A program made the position numbers and the translations under genes. From a virus (Duplodnaviria; Caudoviricetes), in IMG/VR virus record IMGVR_UViG_3300030372_002234, positions 1 through 64,000 of that record: a stretch of 64,000 nucleotides of DNA; one strand, 5' to 3'. Below, in pieces: positions 24,783 to 31,911 of this stretch. Positions within the stretch are counted from its first letter, which is position 1; the number at the start of each line of letters is the position of its first letter. Under the pieces are notes generated by a model. It searched no databases and was not told the origin of the DNA. It saw nothing but the letters and a program-made list of their open reading frames with translations.

Positions 24783-25301
24783 ATGTCTTATTCTGCATCG
24801 TTCATGTTCGATCACTGTCGCCTCATCTACAACGTTCAGGGTGAGGACGGCTATCTGTTCAACATCAACACCGTGACTGGCAAGCTGGCTGAGTTCTGCT
24901 GGCTGAAGCCCTCCACGGTGGAGTTCGAGGTGAACAACATCAGTGATGATACCGTCGAACTCCAGCGGACCAAGCCGAGAGCCGTGAAGCTCAAGGTCCA
25001 GCCTCTCCGCAAGCTGGAGTACTTCTTCAACTGGTGTACCAACGAGCCGCTGCCCTGCGCTGCCCGTGCCATCCACACGCTGCGGAGCAAGAAGGACAGC
25101 ATTCGCTTCGTTACTGCTGGCCCTGTCGGCGTTCCGGGTGGTCTTCAGGTCTGCTTCCGTCAGTCTCCCGGTCCTGTGACCGAGTGGCAGCCCTTCACGG
25201 CTGGCTACGGTGGCGAGTGGCTCCCAATGAAGCTGGAGCACATGTCTCGCACGTTCAACCTGTGGCAGGACCGCATCCTGAAGGAAGCCTTGGCTGACTA
25301 A
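24783..25301 (+). CDS. Hypothetical early protein (172 aa)
   Basis: ORF with hairpin RBS and C/G-ending codon bias. Confidence 0.75.
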   Translation: MSYSASFMFDHCRLIYNVQGEDGYLFNINTVTGKLAEFCWLKPSTVEFEVNNISDDTVELQRTKPRAVKLKVQPLRKLEYFFNWCTNEPLPCAARAIHTLRSKKDSIRFVTAGPVGVPGGLQVCFRQSPGPVTEWQPFTAGYGGEWLPMKLEHMSRTFNLWQDRILKEALAD

Positions 25302-25319
25302 TCGGTCTTTGCTGCGGTA

Positions 25320-25383
25320 CGAAGACCGAAGAGCCACGACCGAAGGCCCGAAGTCACTCAAACCGAAGACCGAAGGCCCGAAG
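25320..25383. repeat. Array of seven CGAAG units, including a duplicated GACCGAAGGCCCGAAG
   Basis: CGAAG at 25320, 25327, 25341, 25349, 25364, 25371, 25379. Confidence 0.8.
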
Positions 25384-25401
25384 ACCCGTCCTTGCGGGTA
25401 G

Positions 25402-25412
25402 TTCCACTATCA
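25402..25412 (+). promoter_or_regulatory. Repeated motif TTCCACTATCA, copy 4
   Basis: Preceded by TCCTTGCGGGTAG, which is also present at 24722. Confidence 0.5.
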
Positions 25413-25623
25413 CCGGACTCGCATAGAGGCATTCCCCGCGTGTAGTCCCCGCCAGAAGCCGTAGAATCCCGACTGCGGTCCTCGCGTGGACTCGATGAGT
25501 TCCTCCCCGTTTACTTTTACTGTCCGTTAGGCGGCCTCTCCGGCCCTCTCACGGCATTTCCGGGTTCACCTGTTCGTATGGTGGCCCCTGCTTATTTCTC
25601 TCCGTTTCTCGAAAGGAAACAAC

Positions 25624-25911
25624 ATGTCGAAGATTAGATTGGTCGTTCGTTCCACTGCGGAGCTTAACGAAGAAATCGCAAAGAAGAAGGAAGCCCTTCT
25701 CAACGTCCGGGCAGACCTCGAAGCAGCACGGAAGCGTATGGACAGCCTCAGGCGTGATTTCCATGAGGCCCAGATGGATGTCAGGACTTTCACGGATCTC
25801 AAGGACACCTTCGAGGAGCGTCTCGGTGAGCTTCAGTTCTTCCTTGGTCAGAACGACATCTACGAACAGATGGTCGATCAGGGCATCATTGCCGAGCCGG
25901 TTGAAGATTAA
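25624..25911 (+). CDS. Hypothetical coiled-coil early protein (95 aa)
   Basis: Hairpin RBS GAAAGGA; heptad-like charged helix. Confidence 0.75.
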   Translation: MSKIRLVVRSTAELNEEIAKKKEALLNVRADLEAARKRMDSLRRDFHEAQMDVRTFTDLKDTFEERLGELQFFLGQNDIYEQMVDQGIIAEPVED

Positions 25912-25922
25912 ACTAACCCAAC

Positions 25923-25949
25923 ACTGCTGGGCATCAGTATAAACTGCCC
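25923..25949 (+). ncRNA. Minimal H-type pseudoknot resembling the pistol P1/pseudoknot scaffold
   Basis: ACTG/CAGT stem; loop GGGCA pairs with TGCCC; GT-ATAAA linker as in both pistols; lies just after a stop codon. Confidence 0.5.
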
Positions 25950-25973
25950 TTTCATTTTCAGAAAGGCATTCAA

Positions 25974-26234
25974 ATGCTTGAAGAGTTTCGTGTCTTTGTT
26001 TACGATGACTTCGTTAAGGCACGGGCTGGTCATCCAGCTATCCGTGTCTGGAATTTTGAAACCGAAGAAAAGGCTCTTAAGGTAGCCAAGGAGCTATGCG
26101 AAAAGTTTAACGAAGAGAAGGATTACATGAAGAATCTCTGTCGTTATTCTGTTAAGGTGCATCGCTTTCACGGATTTAACCTGAAGTTTAGAACGGAGCA
26201 TCCCTTGTTTAATTCATTAGAGGAGTACAAATGA
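25974..26234 (+). CDS. Hypothetical protein (86 aa)
   Basis: GAAAGG RBS and ORF. Confidence 0.7.
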   Translation: MLEEFRVFVYDDFVKARAGHPAIRVWNFETEEKALKVAKELCEKFNEEKDYMKNLCRYSVKVHRFHGFNLKFRTEHPLFNSLEEYK

Positions 26235-26500
26235 TCGAAGAAGAGTACGACTACCGTGATCACCATGTGGTGGTTGAGATTGAATTGATGGAGGACAACC
26301 AGAAGATCTGGTACTTAGTGACCTGTCCTGACGGGGAAGAAAGGACTGTAGATGTCTCCCCTTACGGTAATCAGAATGAAGTCGTAAAGAAATGGATTGA
26401 TATGTTCTATCAACACGGTGAGTATTTTAGCCGTATTGGTATTGGTCCCTTGACTATGTATGATTTAGAGTTAATTGATATTTCTCAGAAGATTTCCTAA
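26231..26500 (+). CDS. Hypothetical protein (89 aa)
   Basis: GAGGAG RBS; ATGA overlap with the previous gene. Confidence 0.7.
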   Translation: MIEEEYDYRDHHVVVEIELMEDNQKIWYLVTCPDGEERTVDVSPYGNQNEVVKKWIDMFYQHGEYFSRIGIGPLTMYDLELIDISQKIS

Positions 26501-26501
26501 A

Positions 26502-26535
26502 GGGGTCCGCCAAGGTGGCGGGCCTCTGTTTATTT
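26502..26535 (+). terminator. Intrinsic terminator-like hairpin
   Basis: GGGGTCCGCCA-AGG-TGGCGGGCCTC (11 bp including G·U pairs) followed by TGTTTATTT. Confidence 0.55.
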
Positions 26536-26562
26536 CTATGCCATAAAGGCAGAAAGACTATT

Positions 26563-26895
26563 ATGTCTAACTACAACACTAGCGTTTCTTCACCCGTCCG
26601 TGGCCGCATCACCCGCAAGGACGGCAAGCCGTTCACTGCAAAGGTGACCTTCTGGATTAACAAGAAGGAGCAGGGCGAAAAGAAAACTTGGGAAGTGGAC
26701 TTGGAAGGTCTGACTATTCTCGAAATGATTGATCGAGTCAGGCAGATTGAAAAGAACTACAAGGCCAAGTACGGTATCAAGTGTACTGTGTGGCGTGTGA
26801 ACAGTGGCCCTAGCCTGTTCATGGACCGTATCAAGGACATGCAGCAGAGCCGACGCGAGTGGGCTATCGCTCAGGCCGCCGGAGAACAGCGTTGA
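26563..26895 (+). CDS. Hypothetical protein (110 aa, MSNYNTSVSS…)
   Basis: AGAAAG upstream of ATG 26563; basic protein. Confidence 0.7.
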   Translation: MSNYNTSVSSPVRGRITRKDGKPFTAKVTFWINKKEQGEKKTWEVDLEGLTILEMIDRVRQIEKNYKAKYGIKCTVWRVNSGPSLFMDRIKDMQQSRREWAIAQAAGEQR

Positions 26896-27121
26896 GCGGC
26901 TGCTCGACTCAAGAGGTATCCCGAGTCCCCTCTGAGGCATACGTCTCAGAGGGGGTCTCCGGGCCTCACACGGAACCTGTTGACTTGGGGGCTGCCCTCC
27001 TTGTTTTTATATTAGTAGTTTTATTATGCTATAGATTACTCAAGAATACTAAGGATTGATCCGATGATTATGTAGCGTCCAAAAAACCCACGTTATTGGT
27101 ATAGCTACATAAGGAAAAGCT

Positions 27122-27502
27122 ATGAGTAAACTGTATGACCGTGATGGATTCTGCGTGTTCGGTACACAACCTAAAGCTACTACGCTTGTTGTGAACGACC
27201 GTGTGTATCTCATCGTTGACCGTAGGCGTAACCAAGATAACCTGAATGAAGCACAGCAATTGCACATGCAAGGGCTGCTGAATGTCCATGATCCTTATGT
27301 GGACTGGAGGGCTGTCACTGACAAGAAAGGAAAGTCTACCGATAAGGGAATGCTGAATGTATTCCCATCCATTGCACAGCAGTGGAAGAATCAGATGAAA
27401 GGTAAGTACATTAAACCCAAGACTTATATGACTGATAACCCTGATAAGATGGGTGAAGATAAGCATTGGGAAGTTCTTAAGTCTTACCTAGAAAGGAATT
27501 AG
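27122..27502 (+). CDS. Hypothetical protein (126 aa)
   Basis: AAGGA RBS and ORF. Confidence 0.7.
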   Translation: MSKLYDRDGFCVFGTQPKATTLVVNDRVYLIVDRRRNQDNLNEAQQLHMQGLLNVHDPYVDWRAVTDKKGKSTDKGMLNVFPSIAQQWKNQMKGKYIKPKTYMTDNPDKMGEDKHWEVLKSYLERN

Positions 27503-27503
27503 A

Positions 27504-27983
27504 ATGTTTAAACATATACCTGATGTGATTAGCGATGAAGAAGCTGTTTCTTTAATTAATGAAACAAGAAACGGAGAGGTCTTCAGGCTTTTGCGTCACG
27601 GCGGTAACGATATCGTCGAAAGATTAGTCAGTATTGTAAAAGAACACGCGCCTGCTAAAACAACAGGCAAAGCGTACTGGCGTGTAGAATCTAAAGGTGA
27701 CGGACACGATTGGCATTATGATGGGGCATATGAAAATGGTAAGCCCAATCATATGGCATGGTGTCAGTACTCAGCAGTTGTATTGCTATCAGACCCAAGT
27801 ACATTCAATGGCGGTGAATTTGAATACCGTAATTCAGAAGATGAAATAGTTTCTTTGAAAGAAGAACTCCACAAGAATATGATTGTGTATTCTAGTGGGA
27901 TTGATAATGATCCTGTTCTGCATAGAGCTAACCCTCACGGTGAGGGTAGACGCTTTGTGCTTCTCATGTTTTTTGAAGGTTGA
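27504..27983 (+). CDS. 2OG-Fe(II) oxygenase (prolyl-hydroxylase-like)
   Basis: HxD (WHYDG), YSAVVLL, FNGGEFEY, distal His (LHRANP) and the 2OG-binding Arg (GRRFVL). Confidence 0.85.
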   Translation: MFKHIPDVISDEEAVSLINETRNGEVFRLLRHGGNDIVERLVSIVKEHAPAKTTGKAYWRVESKGDGHDWHYDGAYENGKPNHMAWCQYSAVVLLSDPSTFNGGEFEYRNSEDEIVSLKEELHKNMIVYSSGIDNDPVLHRANPHGEGRRFVLLMFFEG

Positions 27984-27986
27984 AAA

Positions 27987-28160
27987 ATGATTTATTCTAT
28001 CGTTCGTGAGCTTGAAGATAACAAGCTTTGGTTCAACGTTGTTTCTGTAGCTGACGGTAAATTCAAAGATGGTTTCGATAACCGAGAGGATGCCGAGCGA
28101 TTCGTAGCTCACCTCGAAGCCGATGATGCCACTGGTGTCCTCGAACAGGAGCGTAAGTAA
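27987..28160 (+). CDS. Hypothetical protein (57 aa, MIYSIVRELEDNK…), below the ORF-track cutoff
   Basis: Read directly; fills the gap between neighbours, with a TAATG overlap to the next gene. Confidence 0.6.
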   Translation: MIYSIVRELEDNKLWFNVVSVADGKFKDGFDNREDAERFVAHLEADDATGVLEQERK

Positions 28161-28402
28161 TGTGTAAGAAACTAAAAACGGAAGACATCATCACTACTAA
28201 GGATCACCTCCAAGACATTGACTACCTTGCAGGTAGGGCACTCATGATATACAATGAGAAGTATGAAGGTGAGGCTGATTCATGGTTGGATGATATCAAG
28301 GACATTCAAAGAAAATGTTCTATTCTATTGACTAGAGATTTCACTAGGCGGGCTGATGCCCGTGCAGCAAGATATGCAAAGCTTACAAGAAAGGAAGAGT
28401 AA
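28160..28402 (+). CDS. Hypothetical protein (80 aa)
   Basis: ORF coupled to both neighbours. Confidence 0.6.
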   Translation: MCKKLKTEDIITTKDHLQDIDYLAGRALMIYNEKYEGEADSWLDDIKDIQRKCSILLTRDFTRRADARAARYAKLTRKEE

Positions 28403-28608
28403 TGTTTATTGCAGAGATTATGTATCGTGGTGACTTGCATGAGACCCTTTATCTCAATGACAGGGAGCCGTCCAATCTGGAAGTTATCAAACAAGAAATT
28501 GATTTGAACTATCCCGGCGAGGAGGATCACGTTCGAGTCACTCTTATTAATCAGGATACAGATGAACAAGAGGATATTACCGGAGAAATAACATGTTCAC
28601 AGAAATGA
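28402..28608 (+). CDS. Hypothetical protein (68 aa)
   Basis: ORF with TAATG coupling. Confidence 0.6.
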   Translation: MFIAEIMYRGDLHETLYLNDREPSNLEVIKQEIDLNYPGEEDHVRVTLINQDTDEQEDITGEITCSQK

Positions 28609-29261
28609 ACGTTGAGATGGTAGATAGTATGGGAGGAGACTTAGATGTAGTTAACGCTGCTCGTGTCTCTTTCTCTAAAGAAAGTAATGAGCTTGGTAAT
28701 AACGATATTAAACTTATTAACTATCTCGCCAAGCATAATCATTGGACTCCCTTTGCTCATTGCTTTGTAAAGTTTAGGGTTAAGGTTCCTATCTTTGTAG
28801 CAAGGCAGTGGTTCAAGCATACTGTTGGCTTTGCTTACAACGAGGTAAGCAGACGCTATGTATCAGGAAACCCTGAGTTGTTTGATGTTAACGTATGGAG
28901 AGGTAAACCTGAAGATAACATTAAGCAAGGATCTAGTAGCAAAGTAATATATGTTACTAAAGAAACTACTGAGCTTATGGAAATAATGGTAGCTCACTAC
29001 AATATTCTTATCAAGCAAGGTATTGCACCGGAGATGGCACGTATGGTGTTGCCTCAGGCTACAATGACTGAGTACATCGTAAGTGGTAGCCTTGCGGCAT
29101 GGGCTAGGTTCTACAACCTCAGGGCAGACGATCACGCGCAGCATGAAATTCGCTGGTGTGCTGAACAGATCGGTGAGAAGATGGTAAAGTATTACCCCAA
29201 TAGTTGGGCTGCTCTTTGTAACAACTGTAAGGAATGGAACTTTGGCGAAGAAGAACATTAA
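28593..29261 (+). CDS. thyX: Flavin-dependent thymidylate synthase
   Basis: VVNAARVSF, HWTPFAH, RQWFKH…YNEVSRRY ThyX motif, ARMVLPQ, LRADDHAQHEIR. Confidence 0.95.
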   Translation: MFTEMNVEMVDSMGGDLDVVNAARVSFSKESNELGNNDIKLINYLAKHNHWTPFAHCFVKFRVKVPIFVARQWFKHTVGFAYNEVSRRYVSGNPELFDVNVWRGKPEDNIKQGSSSKVIYVTKETTELMEIMVAHYNILIKQGIAPEMARMVLPQATMTEYIVSGSLAAWARFYNLRADDHAQHEIRWCAEQIGEKMVKYYPNSWAALCNNCKEWNFGEEEH

Positions 29262-29355
29262 GTTTAAAGAGTTTAGAGGTCGCACTGCTGGTAAGCCAAG
29301 GCGATCTAAAAAGAATAAGTACGGCCTACGAAAAAGTGGGAGAAAGAATTGACGT

Positions 29356-29559
29356 ATGAGTCCGAAGGATCATAACGATTGGCGTAAGACTGATCGTGCT
29401 AAAGATAAGATTAAAGAACAAAAGAAAAAGAATAATAAGCATCAGAAGAAACATTGGTCCGAGTGGGCTGGTGACAACCTTTCTCATCCAGATGACTCAG
29501 TAGATATGAGTCAACAAGAATGGGAAAATTTCCTTGAAGGAAACTCAGATGATAAATGA
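29356..29559 (+). CDS. Hypothetical basic protein (67 aa)
   Basis: ORF only. Confidence 0.55.
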   Translation: MSPKDHNDWRKTDRAKDKIKEQKKKNNKHQKKHWSEWAGDNLSHPDDSVDMSQQEWENFLEGNSDDK

Positions 29560-29887
29560 ACGAGATTGTATTCGTTATAGTATTCACCTTCCTGAAATTA
29601 TTAGTAAAACAGATAGCATTAAAAGAGATGAACTAAAGAAATTAATTCTTGATGTTTCTCCCTTTACCGTCATACGAGAAACAGATCTAACGTGTATGAT
29701 TAAAGAAGGCGAAGTATCTTTTGTTAAGTGGACAGTTTCTGTTTCTTTGAGCGATGCTGAAAAACTATTTAACTTAATGACTTGGTGGGCTGATGAATAT
29801 ACTACTGACAGACTAAACACCGAAGGTAAAATGATGAATGACATTATGATAGAAAAGGAATTTATAAGAAGAATTTATATGGGATAA
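29549..29887 (+). CDS. Hypothetical protein (112 aa)
   Basis: GAAGG RBS upstream of ATG 29549. Confidence 0.6.
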   Translation: MINERDCIRYSIHLPEIISKTDSIKRDELKKLILDVSPFTVIRETDLTCMIKEGEVSFVKWTVSVSLSDAEKLFNLMTWWADEYTTDRLNTEGKMMNDIMIEKEFIRRIYMG

Positions 29888-29891
29888 TTAA

Positions 29892-30011
29892 ATGAATGGA
29901 GCAGATGGATTTTTATTGTATCAGTTAGGTTGTTTTGATTACTTTTTGTTTCTTGTTTTAATTGGTATTCTTATTGGCTTTATTGGTAAAGCCTTTGATT
30001 TATTTGACTAA
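29892..30011 (+). CDS. Small membrane protein (39 aa, MNGADGFLLYQLGCFDYFLFLVLIGILIGFIGKAFDLFD)
   Basis: Read directly; single hydrophobic helix filling the gap. Confidence 0.45.
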   Translation: MNGADGFLLYQLGCFDYFLFLVLIGILIGFIGKAFDLFD

Positions 30012-30026
30012 GAAAGGTCAACTACT

Positions 30027-31007
30027 ATGTCTCACGAAATTACTGCTACCGACTCCGCCGTCTTTCAGGGAACCAAGGCTTGGCACGGGCTGGGCTACGT
30101 TGTTGAGGATGATATGAGTCCCCTTGCTGCTGTTGAAACGGCTGGTCTTGATTGGTACGTCCACAAGACTGATGGTGTGTTCGGTTATACAGATAAGGGT
30201 TCAACTGTCATGGATCATAAGCGATGTATGACATACCGTGAAGATACCAAAGAAGTTCTTGGTTACGTGTCTGGTGATTACAATGTCTTCCAGAATGTGG
30301 AACTTGCCAAGCTTGCAATGTCTGTTTCAGAGAAAGCTAATGTTGAATCTGCTTTCTCTATGATGGGCGGTAAGCGTATCGTGCTGCTACTCAAGGGCGG
30401 CAGCATTGAGGTTGGTAACATGAACGATGTGCTTGATGATTACTTCTGTCTTGTTAATGGTCACGATGGTAAGTTCTCTCTTCGTGCATTCGGTACGTCA
30501 GTGCGAGTGGTGTGTAACAACACGCTTCAGATGGCACTGTCACAGGCCAGAGGACAGACTTACTCAATTAGTCACAACGGTGACTTTGAGACTAAGCTCG
30601 ATGACATGCGTCGAGCGTTGGGTCAGTACACTAAGTCACGCGACTGGTTTGCTACTACTGTTAACGAACTTGCAAAGAAAGAAGTTAATACCAGTATGCT
30701 TGAAACGTTCTGGATGGAATCATTCGCAATGACTGTGGGTGATGATGTCCTTAAGGATCGCGACCGTTCAATCAAGGAATCCATCAAGTTCCTTGAGAAC
30801 GTCAAGGTTACTTTTGAACAAGAACGTGACGCACTCAAGGTGCCTGCTTCCATGTGGCTTGCTGCTAACGCAGTGACCAACTACGTGCAGCACAAGACTG
30901 GTGACCGTGGGCGCAAGCCTTCGTATGAAAGTCGGGCTGGCGACGTTCTTATGGGCAAGAGGGCTGACCTCTCCCGTAAGGTGATGAAGCACGCCATGAC
31001 CGTGTAA
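30027..31007 (+). CDS. DUF932-family phage/plasmid protein
   Basis: AWHGLG, AGLDW, LGYVSGDYNVFQN, LVNGHDG, TSVRVVCNNTLQMAL. Confidence 0.85.
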   Translation: MSHEITATDSAVFQGTKAWHGLGYVVEDDMSPLAAVETAGLDWYVHKTDGVFGYTDKGSTVMDHKRCMTYREDTKEVLGYVSGDYNVFQNVELAKLAMSVSEKANVESAFSMMGGKRIVLLLKGGSIEVGNMNDVLDDYFCLVNGHDGKFSLRAFGTSVRVVCNNTLQMALSQARGQTYSISHNGDFETKLDDMRRALGQYTKSRDWFATTVNELAKKEVNTSMLETFWMESFAMTVGDDVLKDRDRSIKESIKFLENVKVTFEQERDALKVPASMWLAANAVTNYVQHKTGDRGRKPSYESRAGDVLMGKRADLSRKVMKHAMTV

Positions 31008-31014
31008 TCCCCCC

Positions 31015-31030
31015 GCCCCCTTCGGGGGGC
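31015..31030 (+). other. GC-rich UUCG tetraloop hairpin just upstream of tRNA-Lys
   Basis: GCCCCC-TTCG-GGGGGC with no U-tract. Confidence 0.6.
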
Positions 31031-31035
31031 AACCC

Positions 31036-31108
31036 GCCCTCATAGCTCAGTTGGTAGAGCATTCGGCTTTTAACCGATCGGTCGCAGGTTCGAGTCCTGC
31101 TGAGGGTA
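31036..31108 (+). tRNA. tRNA-Lys(UUU)
   Basis: Acceptor GCCCTCA/TGAGGGT, D-arm GCTC/GAGC, anticodon loop CTTTTAA, T-loop TTCGAGT; CCA not encoded. Confidence 0.95.
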
Positions 31109-31123
31109 TTAAGGAGATTTATT

Positions 31124-31219
31124 ATGATTGTTATTACTAACCCTGATTGTCCCGTTTGTAAGGGTACTGGAACAGATACCCGTGGACCCATTGCCGAGGA
31201 GTGCCCTAAGTGTGAATAA
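31124..31219 (+). CDS. 31-aa zinc-finger microprotein (MIVITNPDCPVCKGTGTDTRGPIAEECPKCE)
   Basis: AAGGAG RBS; CxxCxGxG…CxxC. Confidence 0.6.
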   Translation: MIVITNPDCPVCKGTGTDTRGPIAEECPKCE

Positions 31220-31223
31220 ATTA

Positions 31224-31742
31224 ATGGATGAAATGTATACGTTTCATAATGAAATTGCTTTAAGAGAAAATGCTTCGGCTGCTTCGGTAGCCTCGCTGGC
31301 AGCAGTCGGGAAGGATTACTTTACGTCCATAGCGGGAGGACTTCTCACCCTCGGTGAAATCCACGCTCCACTATCACAGACCCATAAGTTTATCAGCCGT
31401 TGCTCCGAGCTTAACTATGAAAACGAAATCAAAACTCACTTGCTTAATCACTACAAGATCCCCGGATGGGGTTCATCTTTTGTCAAGGGTAATCCAGACT
31501 CGGTGTTCTTTGCAGTTGACTGTATGCTTGAAGGAAGTAAAACACAAGAAAGTCAAAAGAGGGTAACTGAATTTCTACACGAAAAAGGATTAATGTTATA
31601 TCCAAACGCTTCCTACTATACTGTAGCATGTTGCATTGAATCGGGAATCCCTATCGAAAAAGCAGCGTTCCATCTTGTTAATGCTAGGCTCCCTGCTTGG
31701 ACAGAATTGTGGATGTTGACTAAAGAAAAGAAACTTCGGTAG
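31224..31742 (+). CDS. Citrate synthase/citryl-CoA lyase-like protein (degenerate, 172 aa)
   Basis: ENAS…SIAGGLLTLGEIH, KIPGWGS…KGNPD, LYPNASYY…GIP and ARLPAW parallel the citrate synthase C-terminal motifs (NAS…LxGxLHG, IxGFGH…KxxDPR, LYPNVDFY…LGIP, ARxxGW). Confidence 0.65.
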   Translation: MDEMYTFHNEIALRENASAASVASLAAVGKDYFTSIAGGLLTLGEIHAPLSQTHKFISRCSELNYENEIKTHLLNHYKIPGWGSSFVKGNPDSVFFAVDCMLEGSKTQESQKRVTEFLHEKGLMLYPNASYYTVACCIESGIPIEKAAFHLVNARLPAWTELWMLTKEKKLR

Positions 31743-31806
31743 CTCAGTTGGATAGAGCAGTTGACTTCTAATCAACAGGTCGAAGGTTCGAGTCCTTCCC
31801 GAAGTG
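31733..31806 (+). tRNA. tRNA-Arg(UCU)
   Basis: Acceptor ACTTCGG/CCGAAGT, anticodon stem GTTGA/TCAAC with loop CTTCTAA, T-loop TTCGAGT. Confidence 0.95.
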
Positions 31807-31810
31807 TAAT

Positions 31811-31895
31811 GGCTCTGTGGCGGAATTGGCAGACGCAACGGACTTAAAATCCGTCGAGGGTAAACCTCATGGGGGTTCGAGTCCCCCCGGAGCTA
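31811..31895 (+). tRNA. tRNA-Leu(UAA)
   Basis: Acceptor GGCTCTG/CGGAGCT, anticodon loop CTTAAAA, long variable arm, T-arm GGGGG-TTCGAGT-CCCCC. Confidence 0.93.
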
Positions 31896-31911
31896 TTAGA
31901 AAGGAGTATTT

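Noticed and set aside
24616-24876. 86-aa ORF with a strong SD right after pistol 2
   Set aside because: Not called as a CDS: it runs through dense RNA structure, overlaps the next gene by 94 nt and has an unprotein-like sequence; kept only as a possible leader.
25320-25383. CGAAG array as a CRISPR array or N4-type hairpin promoters
   Set aside because: Units are 5-16 nt with no spacers and no cas genes; stems are only 2 bp, and the GAA loop is on the non-template strand.
26980-27030. TTGACT as a sigma-70 -35 box and GGGGG-CTG-CCCTC-TTGTTTTT as a terminator
   Set aside because: No -10 box at 16-18 nt from TTGACT, and the stem is only 5 bp with a 3-nt loop.
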